A DNA stretch of 64,000 nucleotides. Origin: Chloroflexota bacterium. Lineage in GTDB: Bacteria > Chloroflexota > Limnocylindria > Limnocylindrales > CSP1-4. The stretch spans positions 16,715-80,714 of the forward strand of contig JAJZRG010000008.1 of the NCBI GenBank assembly GCA_021802825.1, written 5' to 3'. The notes beneath the pieces are model-generated. The model searched no databases and had not been told where the DNA came from. It was given only the letters and a program-made list of their open reading frames with translations. Positions 8,375 to 17,497 of this stretch are shown here, piece by piece (position 1 is the stretch's first letter; every line of letters starts with the position of its first letter). A program made the translations under genes and the position numbers.

Positions 8375-9158
8375 GGGCCGCATCGAGGTGCCCGTCGCCA
8401 TCCAGTCAGTCGGCCGCGCCATCGACGTCCTCGAGTACCTCGCGGAGCGCGACGAAGGCGCCGTGACCGACCTCGCCGCTGCGCTCGGCGTCCACAAGAG
8501 CACCGCGCACCGGCTGCTGGCGGTCCTCGAGGCCCGAGGTCTTGTTGAGCAGGTCAGCCAGCGCGGCCGGTACCGCCTCGGCTTCGGGCTCGTCAGGCTC
8601 GCGGGCGCCACGGCGGCACGCCTGGACCTCGTGGAGCAGAGCCGCCCCGTGTCCCGGCGCCTCGCGGCCGAGGTGGGGGAGACCGTCAACGTGGCCCGGC
8701 TGGAGGGCGATGCCGCGGTCAACGTGGACCAGGTGCTCGGGAGTGCCACCGTGGCGACCCAGAACTGGGTGGGCCAGCGCACGCCGCTCCACGCCACGTC
8801 GAGCGGCAAGGTGCTCCTCGCCACCATCGACCCCGCCGAGCGAGCCCGGCTCCTCGCCGGGCCGCTCGAGCGATTCACGCCCTCAACGATCACCGACCGC
8901 GCGGTCCTCGAGCGCGAGCTGGCACGGGCGGCGGCGTCAGGCTGGGCGTTCACGCGCGAGGAGTTGGAGGTGGGGCTCAACGCGATCGCCGCGCCCATCC
9001 GGGGCCGCGACGGCAGCGTGGTGGCGGCGATCAGCGCGTCGGGACCCTCGTATCGGCTCGGGCCGGAGCGCTTCGAGGCCGTCGCGGCGGCTGTCGTGGC
9101 GGCGGGCGATGAGATCGGGCGCCGGCTCGGATGGCGCGAACGGCGAGGTGCGGCGTGA
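8367..9158 (+). CDS. IclR-family transcriptional regulator
   Basis: N-terminal HTH (VTDLAAALGVHKSTAHRLL) and a C-terminal IclR effector domain. ATG 8367 sits 8 nt after a GGAGGAGG Shine-Dalgarno. GTG 8349 is an alternative start. Confidence 0.85.
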   Translation: MVEGRIEVPVAIQSVGRAIDVLEYLAERDEGAVTDLAAALGVHKSTAHRLLAVLEARGLVEQVSQRGRYRLGFGLVRLAGATAARLDLVEQSRPVSRRLAAEVGETVNVARLEGDAAVNVDQVLGSATVATQNWVGQRTPLHATSSGKVLLATIDPAERARLLAGPLERFTPSTITDRAVLERELARAAASGWAFTREELEVGLNAIAAPIRGRDGSVVAAISASGPSYRLGPERFEAVAAAVVAAGDEIGRRLGWRERRGAA

Positions 9159-9311
9159 CCAGAACAGTCTGCACAACCGGTCTCACGCCACTCGCCGACC
9201 TCGCCTACGCTGTGCGCTTCGTCGCTCTGGACCCGGGCGACGCCTTCCATGGAGGCCTCACCTCGTGCGCCACGCTCGTCCTTCGCTCGTGATCTGTCGG
9301 GGCCGTCGGGC

Positions 9312-10409
9312 ATGACCGCCACCTTCCCCGCCCCTGGGCCGCTCGCCCAGGCTCGCCTGGCCGCCGCGCAGGAGCCTGTCGAGGAGACCGCGATCTCGGT
9401 CAGGGGACTGTGGAAGATCTTCGGGCCCGGCGAGCACAAGATCATCGGCACGCGCCTGGCGGACCTCTCGCGTGACGAGCTACGGCTCGCGAGCGGCTCC
9501 AACGTGGCAGTCCGGGACGTCAGCTTCGACGTCCGCCCGGGCGAGGTTTTCGTGGTGATGGGCCTGTCCGGCTCGGGCAAGTCCACCCTCATCCGCTGTC
9601 TGACACGCCTGATCGAGCCCACCGCGGGCGAGGTGCTCCTCGACAAGGAGGACATCGGCAAGGCGTCCCAGGCTCGCCTGCGCGAACTGCGGCGCCACCG
9701 CTTGTCCATGGTGTTCCAGCACTTCGGCCTGCTGCCCCACCGGCGCGTCATCGACAACGTGGCGTTCGGCCTCGAGATCCGTGGCGAGCCCAAGAAGGCG
9801 CGCCGCGACAAGGCGGCGCACATGCTGTCCCTGGTCGGTCTCGAGGGCCAGGAGATGCGCTACCCGGACCAGCTCTCGGGCGGCATGCAGCAGCGGGTCG
9901 GCCTCGCCCGGGCGCTCGCCGTGGACCCCGAGGTCATGCTGTTCGACGAGCCGTTCAGCGCGCTCGACCCGCTCATCCGGCGCGACATGCAGAACGAGGT
10001 CATCCGGCTCCACCACGAGGTGGGCAAGACGATGATCTTCATCACCCACGACCTCGCTGAGGCGCTCAAGCTGGGCGACCACGTCGCGATCATGCGGGCG
10101 GGCGAGATCGTCCAGATCGGCCGGCCCGAGGAGATCGTCGGCGCCCCCGCGGACGACTACGTGGAGGACTTCGTCCAGGACGTGCCCAAGTCGTACGTCC
10201 TGACGCTGGGCTGGATCATGCGCGAGGTCCGCCCCGAGGATCGCCTCGACGGTCCGGAGTTCCCGTCCGCGACCGTCATCCGCTCCGCGGTCCACGCTGC
10301 GGCCACGGCGGACGGGCCGATCAAGGTGGTCGATGACGGGAAGCTGGTCGGCATGGTCGACCGGCGGCTGATCCTGTCCGCGATCGCCGGCACCGAGCCT
10401 GAGGCGTGA
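9312..10409 (+). CDS. Glycine betaine/proline betaine ABC transporter ATP-binding protein (ProV/OpuAA-type with C-terminal CBS pair)
   Basis: Walker [10 protein letters not shown], signature LSGGMQQR, Walker B MLFDEP, and a CBS-like tail. ATG 9249 is an alternative start. Confidence 0.9.
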   Translation: MTATFPAPGPLAQARLAAAQEPVEETAISVRGLWKIFGPGEHKIIGTRLADLSRDELRLASGSNVAVRDVSFDVRPGEVFVVMGLSGSGKSTLIRCLTRLIEPTAGEVLLDKEDIGKASQARLRELRRHRLSMVFQHFGLLPHRRVIDNVAFGLEIRGEPKKARRDKAAHMLSLVGLEGQEMRYPDQLSGGMQQRVGLARALAVDPEVMLFDEPFSALDPLIRRDMQNEVIRLHHEVGKTMIFITHDLAEALKLGDHVAIMRAGEIVQIGRPEEIVGAPADDYVEDFVQDVPKSYVLTLGWIMREVRPEDRLDGPEFPSATVIRSAVHAAATADGPIKVVDDGKLVGMVDRRLILSAIAGTEPEA

Positions 10410-12367
10410 CAGCAGCGGCGACGGCGGTCCGGCCGCGCGCCGGGGTCCGCCTGACCAAGTCTCGGCAGGTCCTGCTCCTGCTCGTGACCGCGGCCGTGGT
10501 GTACGTGCTCGCCCAACTCTTCTTCCCGACGAGGTTCACTCGCCCCTACGACCCGGATGCGGGCCTGTTCGACTGGCTCAACGGCGTGCGCGACTGGATC
10601 GAGGGCCAGACGAAGGGGCCGTTCTTCGAGTACTTCATCACCCCGGTCCGGACCGTCCTGACGTGGGTCGTGGACCTGGTGACGGGCTGGCTCAACGCGA
10701 TCGGCTGGACGGGGGTCGCGGCCATCACGGCAGCGCTCGGGCTGGTGTTCGTGACGTGGCGGACCGCCCTCGCGCTCACGGCCGCGTTCGTCCTCATCGG
10801 GCTCATGGGCCTCTGGAGCGGGACGATCATCACGCTCGGCCAGGTCGTGGTCGCGGTGGTCGTCGCGCTCGCGCTCGGCGTCCCCTTGGGGATCCTGGCC
10901 GGCAAGAGCGACCGCTTCCTCGCGGTCGTGACGCCGATCCTCGACTTCATGCAGATCATGCCCACGTTCGCATACCTGCTGCCGCTGGCGCTGTTCTTCC
11001 AGATCGGCGCGGCGACCGCGGTCGTCGCGACCCTGATCTACGCGATGCCGCCGGCCATTCGCCTCACGGCGTTGGGGATCCGGGGCGTGGCGTCCGAGAC
11101 CGTCGAGGCCGCGAGCTCCCTGGGTTCCACGGGCTGGCAGATCCTGCGCAAGGTGCAGCTGCCGATGGCTCGCACGACGCTGGGCCTGGCGGTCAACCAG
11201 ACCATCATGATGGCGCTCTCTATGGTCGTCATCGCGGTCTTCGTCGGCGCGGGCGGGCTGGGCGACTCGATCATCAAGGCCCTCCGGACGCTGGACGTCG
11301 GCAGGGCGTTCGATGCCGGCCTCGCCATCGTGCTGCTGGCCATGATCCTCGACCGGCTGTCGGCCTCGGCAAGCCAGGTCTCGGACCGCCGCCTGACCGG
11401 CAAGGTCCCGTGGTCAACGCGCCACGCGCGCCACCTCATGGTCGTCGGCGCCGTGCTCGTCGTCATCGGGATCGCGCTCGGGCTCACGCAGACGTGGGCC
11501 GACACCTTCCCCTCGGCGTGGCACTTCTCGTTCGCCACGCCGATCAACCAGTTCGTCGTCTGGATCTCGCACAACCTGGTGCTCATCACCGATGGCCTCA
11601 AGAACGTCGTCTCGGCCTGGCTGCTCGACCCGATCCAGACTGTCCTCACGCAGTCGCCGTGGTGGCTCGTGCTGTATGTGGTGGTCGGTCTGGCGCTGAT
11701 CATGACGGGCCGCCGGGCCGCCGTGTGGGCGGCGGCCGCGACGCTCGGCGTCCTCGTGCTGCAGGTGTGGCAGCCCTCGATGGAGACCCTGGCGCAGGTC
11801 CTGGTTGCCGTCGCGATGACCATGCTGATTGGCGTGGTTATGGGCACGTGGGCCGCGCGCTCGTCACGGGTGTCGGCGATCCTGCGCCCCATCAACGACG
11901 CCGCCCAGACGATGCCGTCCTTCGTCTACCTGATCCCGGCCGTCGCGCTGTTCCAGCCGACCCGGTTCACGGCCATCGTCGCCGCGTTCATCTATGCCAT
12001 CCCGGCGGTCATCCGCCTGACCGAGGACGGTGTGCGGGGCGTGTCGCCGACGGCGATCGAGGCCGCGGTGTCGGCGGGCTCGACCCCGTTCCAGGTCATC
12101 CGCAAGGTCCAGCTGCCGATGGCCCGCCGCTCGCTGCTCGCCGCGACGAATCAGGGCGTCGTCCTGGTCCTGGCGATGGTGGTGATCGGCGGCCTCGTCG
12201 GCGGGGGCGCCCTGGGCTATCAGGTCGTCGCTGGCTTCTCTCAGCGCAGCAACTTCGGCAGCGGCATGGCGGCGGCGCTCGCCATCGTGCTGCTCGGCAT
12301 CATGCTCGATCGCATCACGCAGGGTGCCGGCGCGCGCCGCGAGATCAGGCGGGTCGAGGAAGAGTAG
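10406..12367 (+). CDS. Betaine ABC transporter permease, tandem-fused (two ProW/OpuAB-like transmembrane domains in one 653-aa protein)
   Basis: GTGA overlap with the ATPase stop. Two internally similar halves, each with an EAA-like loop ([23 protein letters not shown] and [23 protein letters not shown]). Confidence 0.9.
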   Translation: MTAAATAVRPRAGVRLTKSRQVLLLLVTAAVVYVLAQLFFPTRFTRPYDPDAGLFDWLNGVRDWIEGQTKGPFFEYFITPVRTVLTWVVDLVTGWLNAIGWTGVAAITAALGLVFVTWRTALALTAAFVLIGLMGLWSGTIITLGQVVVAVVVALALGVPLGILAGKSDRFLAVVTPILDFMQIMPTFAYLLPLALFFQIGAATAVVATLIYAMPPAIRLTALGIRGVASETVEAASSLGSTGWQILRKVQLPMARTTLGLAVNQTIMMALSMVVIAVFVGAGGLGDSIIKALRTLDVGRAFDAGLAIVLLAMILDRLSASASQVSDRRLTGKVPWSTRHARHLMVVGAVLVVIGIALGLTQTWADTFPSAWHFSFATPINQFVVWISHNLVLITDGLKNVVSAWLLDPIQTVLTQSPWWLVLYVVVGLALIMTGRRAAVWAAAATLGVLVLQVWQPSMETLAQVLVAVAMTMLIGVVMGTWAARSSRVSAILRPINDAAQTMPSFVYLIPAVALFQPTRFTAIVAAFIYAIPAVIRLTEDGVRGVSPTAIEAAVSAGSTPFQVIRKVQLPMARRSLLAATNQGVVLVLAMVVIGGLVGGGALGYQVVAGFSQRSNFGSGMAAALAIVLLGIMLDRITQGAGARREIRRVEEE

Positions 12368-12555
12368 AGGGCCATAGCGTCGGCAGGTGTCCCCCGGACT
12401 GCCCGCCGCCAAGCAGGAGGAGCCACGGTCACCCAGATCGATCAGCCCGGGGAACGGGCATGGGGGAGTCGCAGCGCAACAGGGCGCAACGCGGCATCAT
12501 GCGTCGACCGGCCGAAGGAGGAGCTTGGGCCGGACCGGAAGGAAGGGGTATTGGC

Positions 12556-13659
12556 TTGAATCTCGGAGACAGCACCGTGCGACGGCTGGCCGCTGGCGCG
12601 GCGGTCGTGGCAATCCTCGTGTCGGCGTGCACTGGCACCGCCGCCTCCCCGTCCGCGGCAGCGACTGCTGCTCCCACGACGGCCGCCTCTGGGGCGCCGT
12701 CCACGCCCGCGTCCCAGGCCGCCTCGACGGCCCCCAGCCAGGCAGCCGCCTCGATGGCACCCTGCGGGACCGTGAACATCGCCGACAACGCGTGGGTTGG
12801 CTACGAGGCGGACGTCGCCGTCGTGGCCTACCTGCTCAAGAACCAGCTGGGCTGCACGGTCAACATCAAGAACATCAGCGAGCAGGTCAGCTGGCAGGGT
12901 TTCCCGACCGGCGAAGTGGATGTGATCCTCGAGAACTGGGGCCACGAGGACCTGGCCGCGAAGTACATCACCACCGACAAGACCGCCGTTGACCTGGGCT
13001 CCCAGGGCAATGTCGGCATCATCGGCCTGTTCATGCCCAAGTACTACCTCGACACGCATCCCGACCTCGTCGCAGCGCAGGGCAAGGACCCGAAGACGGT
13101 CGCGGCCGCGCTCAACGCCGTGGCGGCCGACTTCAAGACCTCCGAGTCGGGCGACAAGGGCCAGATCCTCGACGGCGACCCGTCCTACGTCACCAATGAC
13201 GAGGGCCTGGTGGCCGGCCTGGGGCTCAACTACAAGGTCGTCTACTCCGGCTCCGAGGCTGCCTCTGACACAGCCATCAAGGCCGCGGTCGATGCCCAGA
13301 AGCCGATCTTCGCCTATTACTGGGAGCCGAACTGGTTCGACAGCCAGATCAACAACGCCATGGTCCAGTTCAAGCTCACGCCCTACACCCCGGGCTGCGA
13401 CAAGAACCCCAAGAATCTGACCTGTGACTACCCGCCGTACAACCTGAACAAGGTCGCCTCGACCAAGTTCGTCAACAGCGGCAGCCCGGCGGTCACGCTG
13501 ATCAAGAACTTCAAGTGGACCAACGACGACCAGAACGCGGTCGCGACCGACATCTCACTCAACAAGATGAGCGACGACGACGCGGCCAAGAAGTGGCTGG
13601 ACGCCCACCCGGACGTCTGGAAGGCGTGGCTGGCCGGCACCGGCTGGACCGGCAGCTGA
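12556..13659 (+). CDS. Glycine betaine ABC transporter substrate-binding lipoprotein (OpuAC family)
   Basis: Lies in the frame of ORF 10663..13659. TTG 12556 is preceded by a GGAAGGGG Shine-Dalgarno; GTG 12577 and ATG 12499 are alternative starts. Signal peptide with lipobox LVSAC, an Ala/Pro/Ser/Thr-rich linker (sequence AASPSAAATAAPTTA), then an OpuAC-type domain. Confidence 0.85.
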   Translation: MNLGDSTVRRLAAGAAVVAILVSACTGTAASPSAAATAAPTTAASGAPSTPASQAASTAPSQAAASMAPCGTVNIADNAWVGYEADVAVVAYLLKNQLGCTVNIKNISEQVSWQGFPTGEVDVILENWGHEDLAAKYITTDKTAVDLGSQGNVGIIGLFMPKYYLDTHPDLVAAQGKDPKTVAAALNAVAADFKTSESGDKGQILDGDPSYVTNDEGLVAGLGLNYKVVYSGSEAASDTAIKAAVDAQKPIFAYYWEPNWFDSQINNAMVQFKLTPYTPGCDKNPKNLTCDYPPYNLNKVASTKFVNSGSPAVTLIKNFKWTNDDQNAVATDISLNKMSDDDAAKKWLDAHPDVWKAWLAGTGWTGS

Positions 13660-13676
13660 TCTCCTGACCCAATCGG

Positions 13677-13709
13677 ACGGCCCCGGGCTCCTCGCGGAAC
13701 CGGGGCCGT
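13677..13709 (+). terminator. GC-rich stem-loop downstream of the betaine transporter operon (intrinsic-terminator-like, no U tract)
   Basis: ACGGCCCCGG (13677-13686) pairs perfectly with CCGGGGCCGT (13700-13709) around a 13-nt loop. It starts 18 nt after the stop at 13659. Confidence 0.5.
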
Positions 13710-13754
13710 TCCGCGTTCCGGCGCCTGTTCCGCGGCCGGATGGCGAGGCTGCAA

Positions 13755-13793
13755 TGCGCGGGAAAATGCGCGGGACAAGGTCCCTGCGCGGGA
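13755..13793 (+). promoter_or_regulatory. Three direct copies of TGCGCGGGA upstream of the M23 peptidase gene
   Basis: Exact 9-mers at 13755-13763, 13767-13775 and 13785-13793. A TAGACT -10-like hexamer follows at 13808-13813. Confidence 0.35.
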
Positions 13794-13955
13794 GTTGATC
13801 TGGCTGCTAGACTGCCAAGAGCGCCGGTTCACTGTCGTCTCGGGCGTGCCCTTCCGAGGCGGCGCCGTATCTGGCGAGTCGTAGCTGAGCATCCAGACGC
13901 CGAGGGGCGTGGACGATGACGGAGACAGCTCGCACGAGATGAGGACGCCTCTTCG

Positions 13956-15311
13956 TTGACCCGCACCGTCGCCCAGCACTTTCCCCGAGCCCGCCGTGGT
14001 ATCGGTCGCCGCACCATCACCGCCTTGCTCATCGTGCCGATGCTGATGGGCCTGTTCGCCGGTCATGTCGCGGCGCCGTCGCCCGCCTACGCTGATCAGC
14101 TGTCCGATGCGCAGGCGCAGAAGAAGGCGATCGAGGCCAGGATCGCGGCCGAGAAGTCGCAGATCGCCTCCCTCAACGCGTCCCAGGCCGCGCTGTCCAC
14201 CCAGATCGACCAGACCAAGACGCGGCTCGCCGGCATCGCGCAGAACCTCGCTGACACCCGCAAGCAGGTCGCCGCCCTGTCGGCCGACCTGGCCAGTGTC
14301 AAGGCGCAGTACAACGCGCTCGTGGCGAGCCTCGCGGACCTCGACACCCAGCTGGCGACCATCGAGGCGCAGGAGGCGGCCAAGCGGGTCGAGCTGGGTC
14401 AGCACCAGGCCGAGCTGGCTGAGCGCATCCGCGTGGCGTACGAGGACCAGCGCACCTCGATGCTCGAGACGCTGCTCTCGGGGGCGTCCTTCACCGACAT
14501 GCTCGCCGCGATGTCCACCCAGCTCGACGCCGCGGCCCAGGACCAGCAGCTCGCGCAGCAGGTGGCGTCCGACCAGGCGACCCTGCTCTCGCTCCACCAG
14601 ACGGTCTCCGAGACCCGTGACCAGACCAACCTCCTGGGCCAGCAGGCGGCCGTCCAGAAGCAGGCGCTGGACCGCAAGATCGCCGCGCTCGCGGCAGCGA
14701 CGAAGCGCCTCCAGGCGCTCGAGAAGGCCGCCAAGGCGGCGCTCGCGGCGCAGAAGGCCGCGTGGGCCCAGGTGTCGGCCAACAAGGCGGCCCTGCGCGC
14801 GTCCCTCGCCAAGGCCAGCTCTGCCCGCGCGCAGCTCCAGAAGAAGATCAACTCGATCATCGCGGCCCAGGCGAGCCACGGGAACATCCCGAGCCAGTAC
14901 AACGGCACGCTGGGCTGGCCCATGGGCGGGACGATCACGCAGCCCTTTGGCTGCACCGGGTTCTCCTGGGAGCCGCCCTACGGCAGCTGCGCCCACTACC
15001 ACAACGGGATCGACATCGTCGCGCCCTACGGGGCGCCGGTCCGCTCGGCTGGCGCCGGCACGGTGGTCTACGTCGGCTGGAACTATGCCGATGGAGCGGA
15101 CCCGGCGTGGATCGTCATCATCGCGCACAGCTCCTCGCTCGTGACCTGGTACGCGCACATGCAGCCCACGTACCCCGTCCGTGCCGGTGACCACGTCAGC
15201 CGGGGGCAGACGATCGGCTACGAGGGCAGCACCGGCCACTCGACCGGGGCGCACCTCCACTGGATGGTGGAGTTCAACGGGGTGTTCGTTAATCCGCTTC
15301 TGTTCACCTAG
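13956..15311 (+). CDS. M23-family peptidoglycan metalloendopeptidase with long N-terminal coiled coil (EnvC-like architecture)
   Basis: 451-aa ORF with a TTG start. Signal/TM segment, about 300 aa of Ala/Gln/Leu-rich heptad-like sequence, and a C-terminal LytM domain with HYHNGIDI and [10 protein letters not shown] zinc motifs. Confidence 0.85.
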   Translation: MTRTVAQHFPRARRGIGRRTITALLIVPMLMGLFAGHVAAPSPAYADQLSDAQAQKKAIEARIAAEKSQIASLNASQAALSTQIDQTKTRLAGIAQNLADTRKQVAALSADLASVKAQYNALVASLADLDTQLATIEAQEAAKRVELGQHQAELAERIRVAYEDQRTSMLETLLSGASFTDMLAAMSTQLDAAAQDQQLAQQVASDQATLLSLHQTVSETRDQTNLLGQQAAVQKQALDRKIAALAAATKRLQALEKAAKAALAAQKAAWAQVSANKAALRASLAKASSARAQLQKKINSIIAAQASHGNIPSQYNGTLGWPMGGTITQPFGCTGFSWEPPYGSCAHYHNGIDIVAPYGAPVRSAGAGTVVYVGWNYADGADPAWIVIIAHSSSLVTWYAHMQPTYPVRAGDHVSRGQTIGYEGSTGHSTGAHLHWMVEFNGVFVNPLLFT

Positions 15312-15394
15312 CGGCAGCCTCGGGAGTCACGTGCCCAAGGCGGGCGGTGCTAGGATCGGGGCCTGGTCCCCGCAGGTCCGGAGGAACGACGTTG

Positions 15395-16690
15395 GTGAAG
15401 CCAGTCATGGCGGTCATCCTCGCTGGCGGCGAAGGCGAGCGGCTCTCGATCCTGTCCTCCGTCCGGGCCAAGCCGGCGGTGCCGTTCGGGGGCAAGTACC
15501 GGATCATCGACTTCACTCTGTCCAACTGCGTCAACTCGGGCATCACCGACGTGATGGTCCTCACGCAGTACAACCCGCGCTCGCTCAACGACCACATCGG
15601 CCTCGGCCGGCCGTGGGACTTGGACCGCAACACCGGCGGCGTGAAGATGCTCCAGCCCTACGTGCGGCGGGGGCGCGTGGCCGAGTGGTACCGCGGCACC
15701 GCGGACGCCGTGCTCCAGAACTTCAACGTCATCGAGCACGACGCGGGCGACACCGTGCTGGTCCTGGCGGGCGACCACATCTACAAGATGGACTACACGC
15801 CGTTCATCGCGGCCCACCGGCGGCGCCGTGCCGACGTGACGATCGCCGTCCGCCGCGTGCCGCTGTCCGAGGCGAGCCGGATGGGCATCCTGGCCCTGGA
15901 TGACCAAGAGCGCGTCATCGAGTGGCAGGAGAAGCCCAAGCAGCCCAAGAGCGACCTCGCCTCGATGGGCGTGTACGTGTTCTCGAAGCGCGCGCTGCGG
16001 CGGTTCCTGTCCGAGGAGCGGACCGATTTCGGCGGCCACGTCGTGCCGGCCATGCTCGAGTCCGGCGCCCGCGTGTTCGGCTACCGCTTCGACGGCTACT
16101 GGCAGGACGTGGGGACGATCCAGACGTTCTGGGAGGCCAACATGGCGCTTCTGGACGACACCCCGGAGCTCGACCTCTACGACCGCGAGTGGCTCATCCA
16201 CACCCGTTCCGAGGAGCGCGCGCCGGCCAAGGTGGGTCCCACAGCGCAGGTGCACCGCAGCCTCATCTCGCACGGATGCGTGATCAACGGCACGGTGGTC
16301 AACAGCGTTCTCTCGCCGGGCGTGCGCGTGGACGTGGGCGCCGTGGTCCGCGATTCGATCCTCATGTTCGACACCGTGGTGCGCAGCGGGGCCGTCGTGG
16401 ACCGGGCGATCCTCGACAAGGAGGTCACCGTCGGCCAGGGTGCGATCGTGGGCGACGGGCCCGACTTCGACACGCCCAACAAGGTCGAGCCGGGCCGCCT
16501 CAACACGGGCATCACCGTGGTGGGCAAGCAGTCGATCATCCCGCGCGGGGCGCGCTTGGGGCGGAACGTCAAGGTGGGCGGCCAGGTCCGCTCGTCGGAC
16601 TTCTCCACGCGCATCGTCCGCTCCGGTGGGACGGTCGAGCGGCGACCGGACCGCGGGATCGACGACGAGGAGCAGGCCGTCGGCCGGTAG
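15395..16690 (+). CDS. glgC: Glucose-1-phosphate adenylyltransferase
   Basis: [12 protein letters not shown] nucleotide-binding loop, [10 protein letters not shown], and a left-handed beta-helix C-terminus. GTG 15395 or TTG 15392 follows a GGAGGA Shine-Dalgarno. The ORF track extends upstream to 15347. Confidence 0.9.
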   Translation: MKPVMAVILAGGEGERLSILSSVRAKPAVPFGGKYRIIDFTLSNCVNSGITDVMVLTQYNPRSLNDHIGLGRPWDLDRNTGGVKMLQPYVRRGRVAEWYRGTADAVLQNFNVIEHDAGDTVLVLAGDHIYKMDYTPFIAAHRRRRADVTIAVRRVPLSEASRMGILALDDQERVIEWQEKPKQPKSDLASMGVYVFSKRALRRFLSEERTDFGGHVVPAMLESGARVFGYRFDGYWQDVGTIQTFWEANMALLDDTPELDLYDREWLIHTRSEERAPAKVGPTAQVHRSLISHGCVINGTVVNSVLSPGVRVDVGAVVRDSILMFDTVVRSGAVVDRAILDKEVTVGQGAIVGDGPDFDTPNKVEPGRLNTGITVVGKQSIIPRGARLGRNVKVGGQVRSSDFSTRIVRSGGTVERRPDRGIDDEEQAVGR

Positions 16691-16938
16691 CCGATCCGGC
16701 GCTGGGCGCCGACTGGGCGCCTCGCCCGCCCGGCAGGTCCTTGTGCGCCCTCGGGCAGGCCGTCTCGCGCCCGACCACGCGAGTCGGGTCGAACTCATGT
16801 CGCGGTCGCGTGGGCGTGGCCGCCGGCACGGGCCCGGGCCGAGCCGCAGGCCGTGTGGCGCGTGGCCCGGCCTGAGCCGGACGCGACTCAACCGCTCGCG
16901 CCTCTGGCCGGATCGGACGGCCGTCGGGCGTGAGCGGG

Positions 16939-16944
16939 TAGACT
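16939..16944 (+). promoter_or_regulatory. -10-like TAGACT hexamer 7 nt upstream of ATG 16952 (would give a leaderless mRNA)
   Basis: GGGTAGACT read directly. There is no Shine-Dalgarno between it and the ATG. The same GGTAGACT/CTAGACT element occurs at 48611-48616 (upstream of bioY) and 13808-13813. Confidence 0.3.
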
Positions 16945-16951
16945 GCGGCCC

Positions 16952-17497
16952 ATGTCGATCGCTCCCCGGGCGGAGACCTGCCGTCCCGCCGACGTCGAGA
17001 CCTGGCTCGGCGAGCTCGGTGTCACCCCAGTCGAGCGCAGCCACCGTGATGGCGTCACCTCCTGGGACATCCTGCTGGACGGGCGCCGACGGGCAGCGCT
17101 GCGGATCACGCTGATCCTGGACCCGGGCCTGGCGCTCATCTGCTGGTGCCACTTCGCCCCACCGGTGAACGACAACTTCCGCAAGTCCTACCGCAAGCTG
17201 CTGCGCTGGAATGACGAGCTGCCGTTCGTGAAGTTCAGCGTGGGCGAGGACGAGCGGCCCCTGCTCCTGGCCGAGCTGCCGGCCGCGACGGTGGGGCGCG
17301 ACGATCTGGGGCTCGCGCTCGCGCGCCAGGTGGCGGTGGCGGACCGCCTCCACGCCGACACCGTCGAGTGGCTAAAGGCGGGCGGCTGGCGCACGGCGCC
17401 CCCGGCCGACCCCGACGGGCCTGGCCTGCGCCTTGTGGCGCGCTACTCGGCCTCCCTCGCGGAGCTGTTGGCCGAGCCGGGCGGGGCTGGCGCGTGA
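16952..17497 (+). CDS. YbjN-like (putative chaperone/sensory-transduction-regulator fold) cytoplasmic protein
   Basis: 181-aa ORF with no signal peptide. The YbjN-family assignment rests on sequence resemblance recalled from memory. Its stop overlaps the next start (GTGA). Confidence 0.55.
   Translation: MSIAPRAETCRPADVETWLGELGVTPVERSHRDGVTSWDILLDGRRRAALRITLILDPGLALICWCHFAPPVNDNFRKSYRKLLRWNDELPFVKFSVGEDERPLLLAELPAATVGRDDLGLALARQVAVADRLHADTVEWLKAGGWRTAPPADPDGPGLRLVARYSASLAELLAEPGGAGA

Noticed and set aside
13795-13813. TTGATC (13795-13800) plus TAGACT (13808-13813) as a complete -35/-10 promoter
   Set aside because: The spacer is only 7 nt, far from the 16-18 nt needed. Only the -10-like hexamer is retained, as a weak candidate.
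13660-13955. c-di-AMP (ydaO-type) riboswitch upstream of the M23 cell-wall hydrolase gene
   Set aside because: The context is suggestive, because actinobacterial wall hydrolase genes often carry one. The conserved ydaO core segments (GGGGACCC, GGGGUGAAUC, ACAGCUAACCUCGUAAGC-like) are not present by eye.
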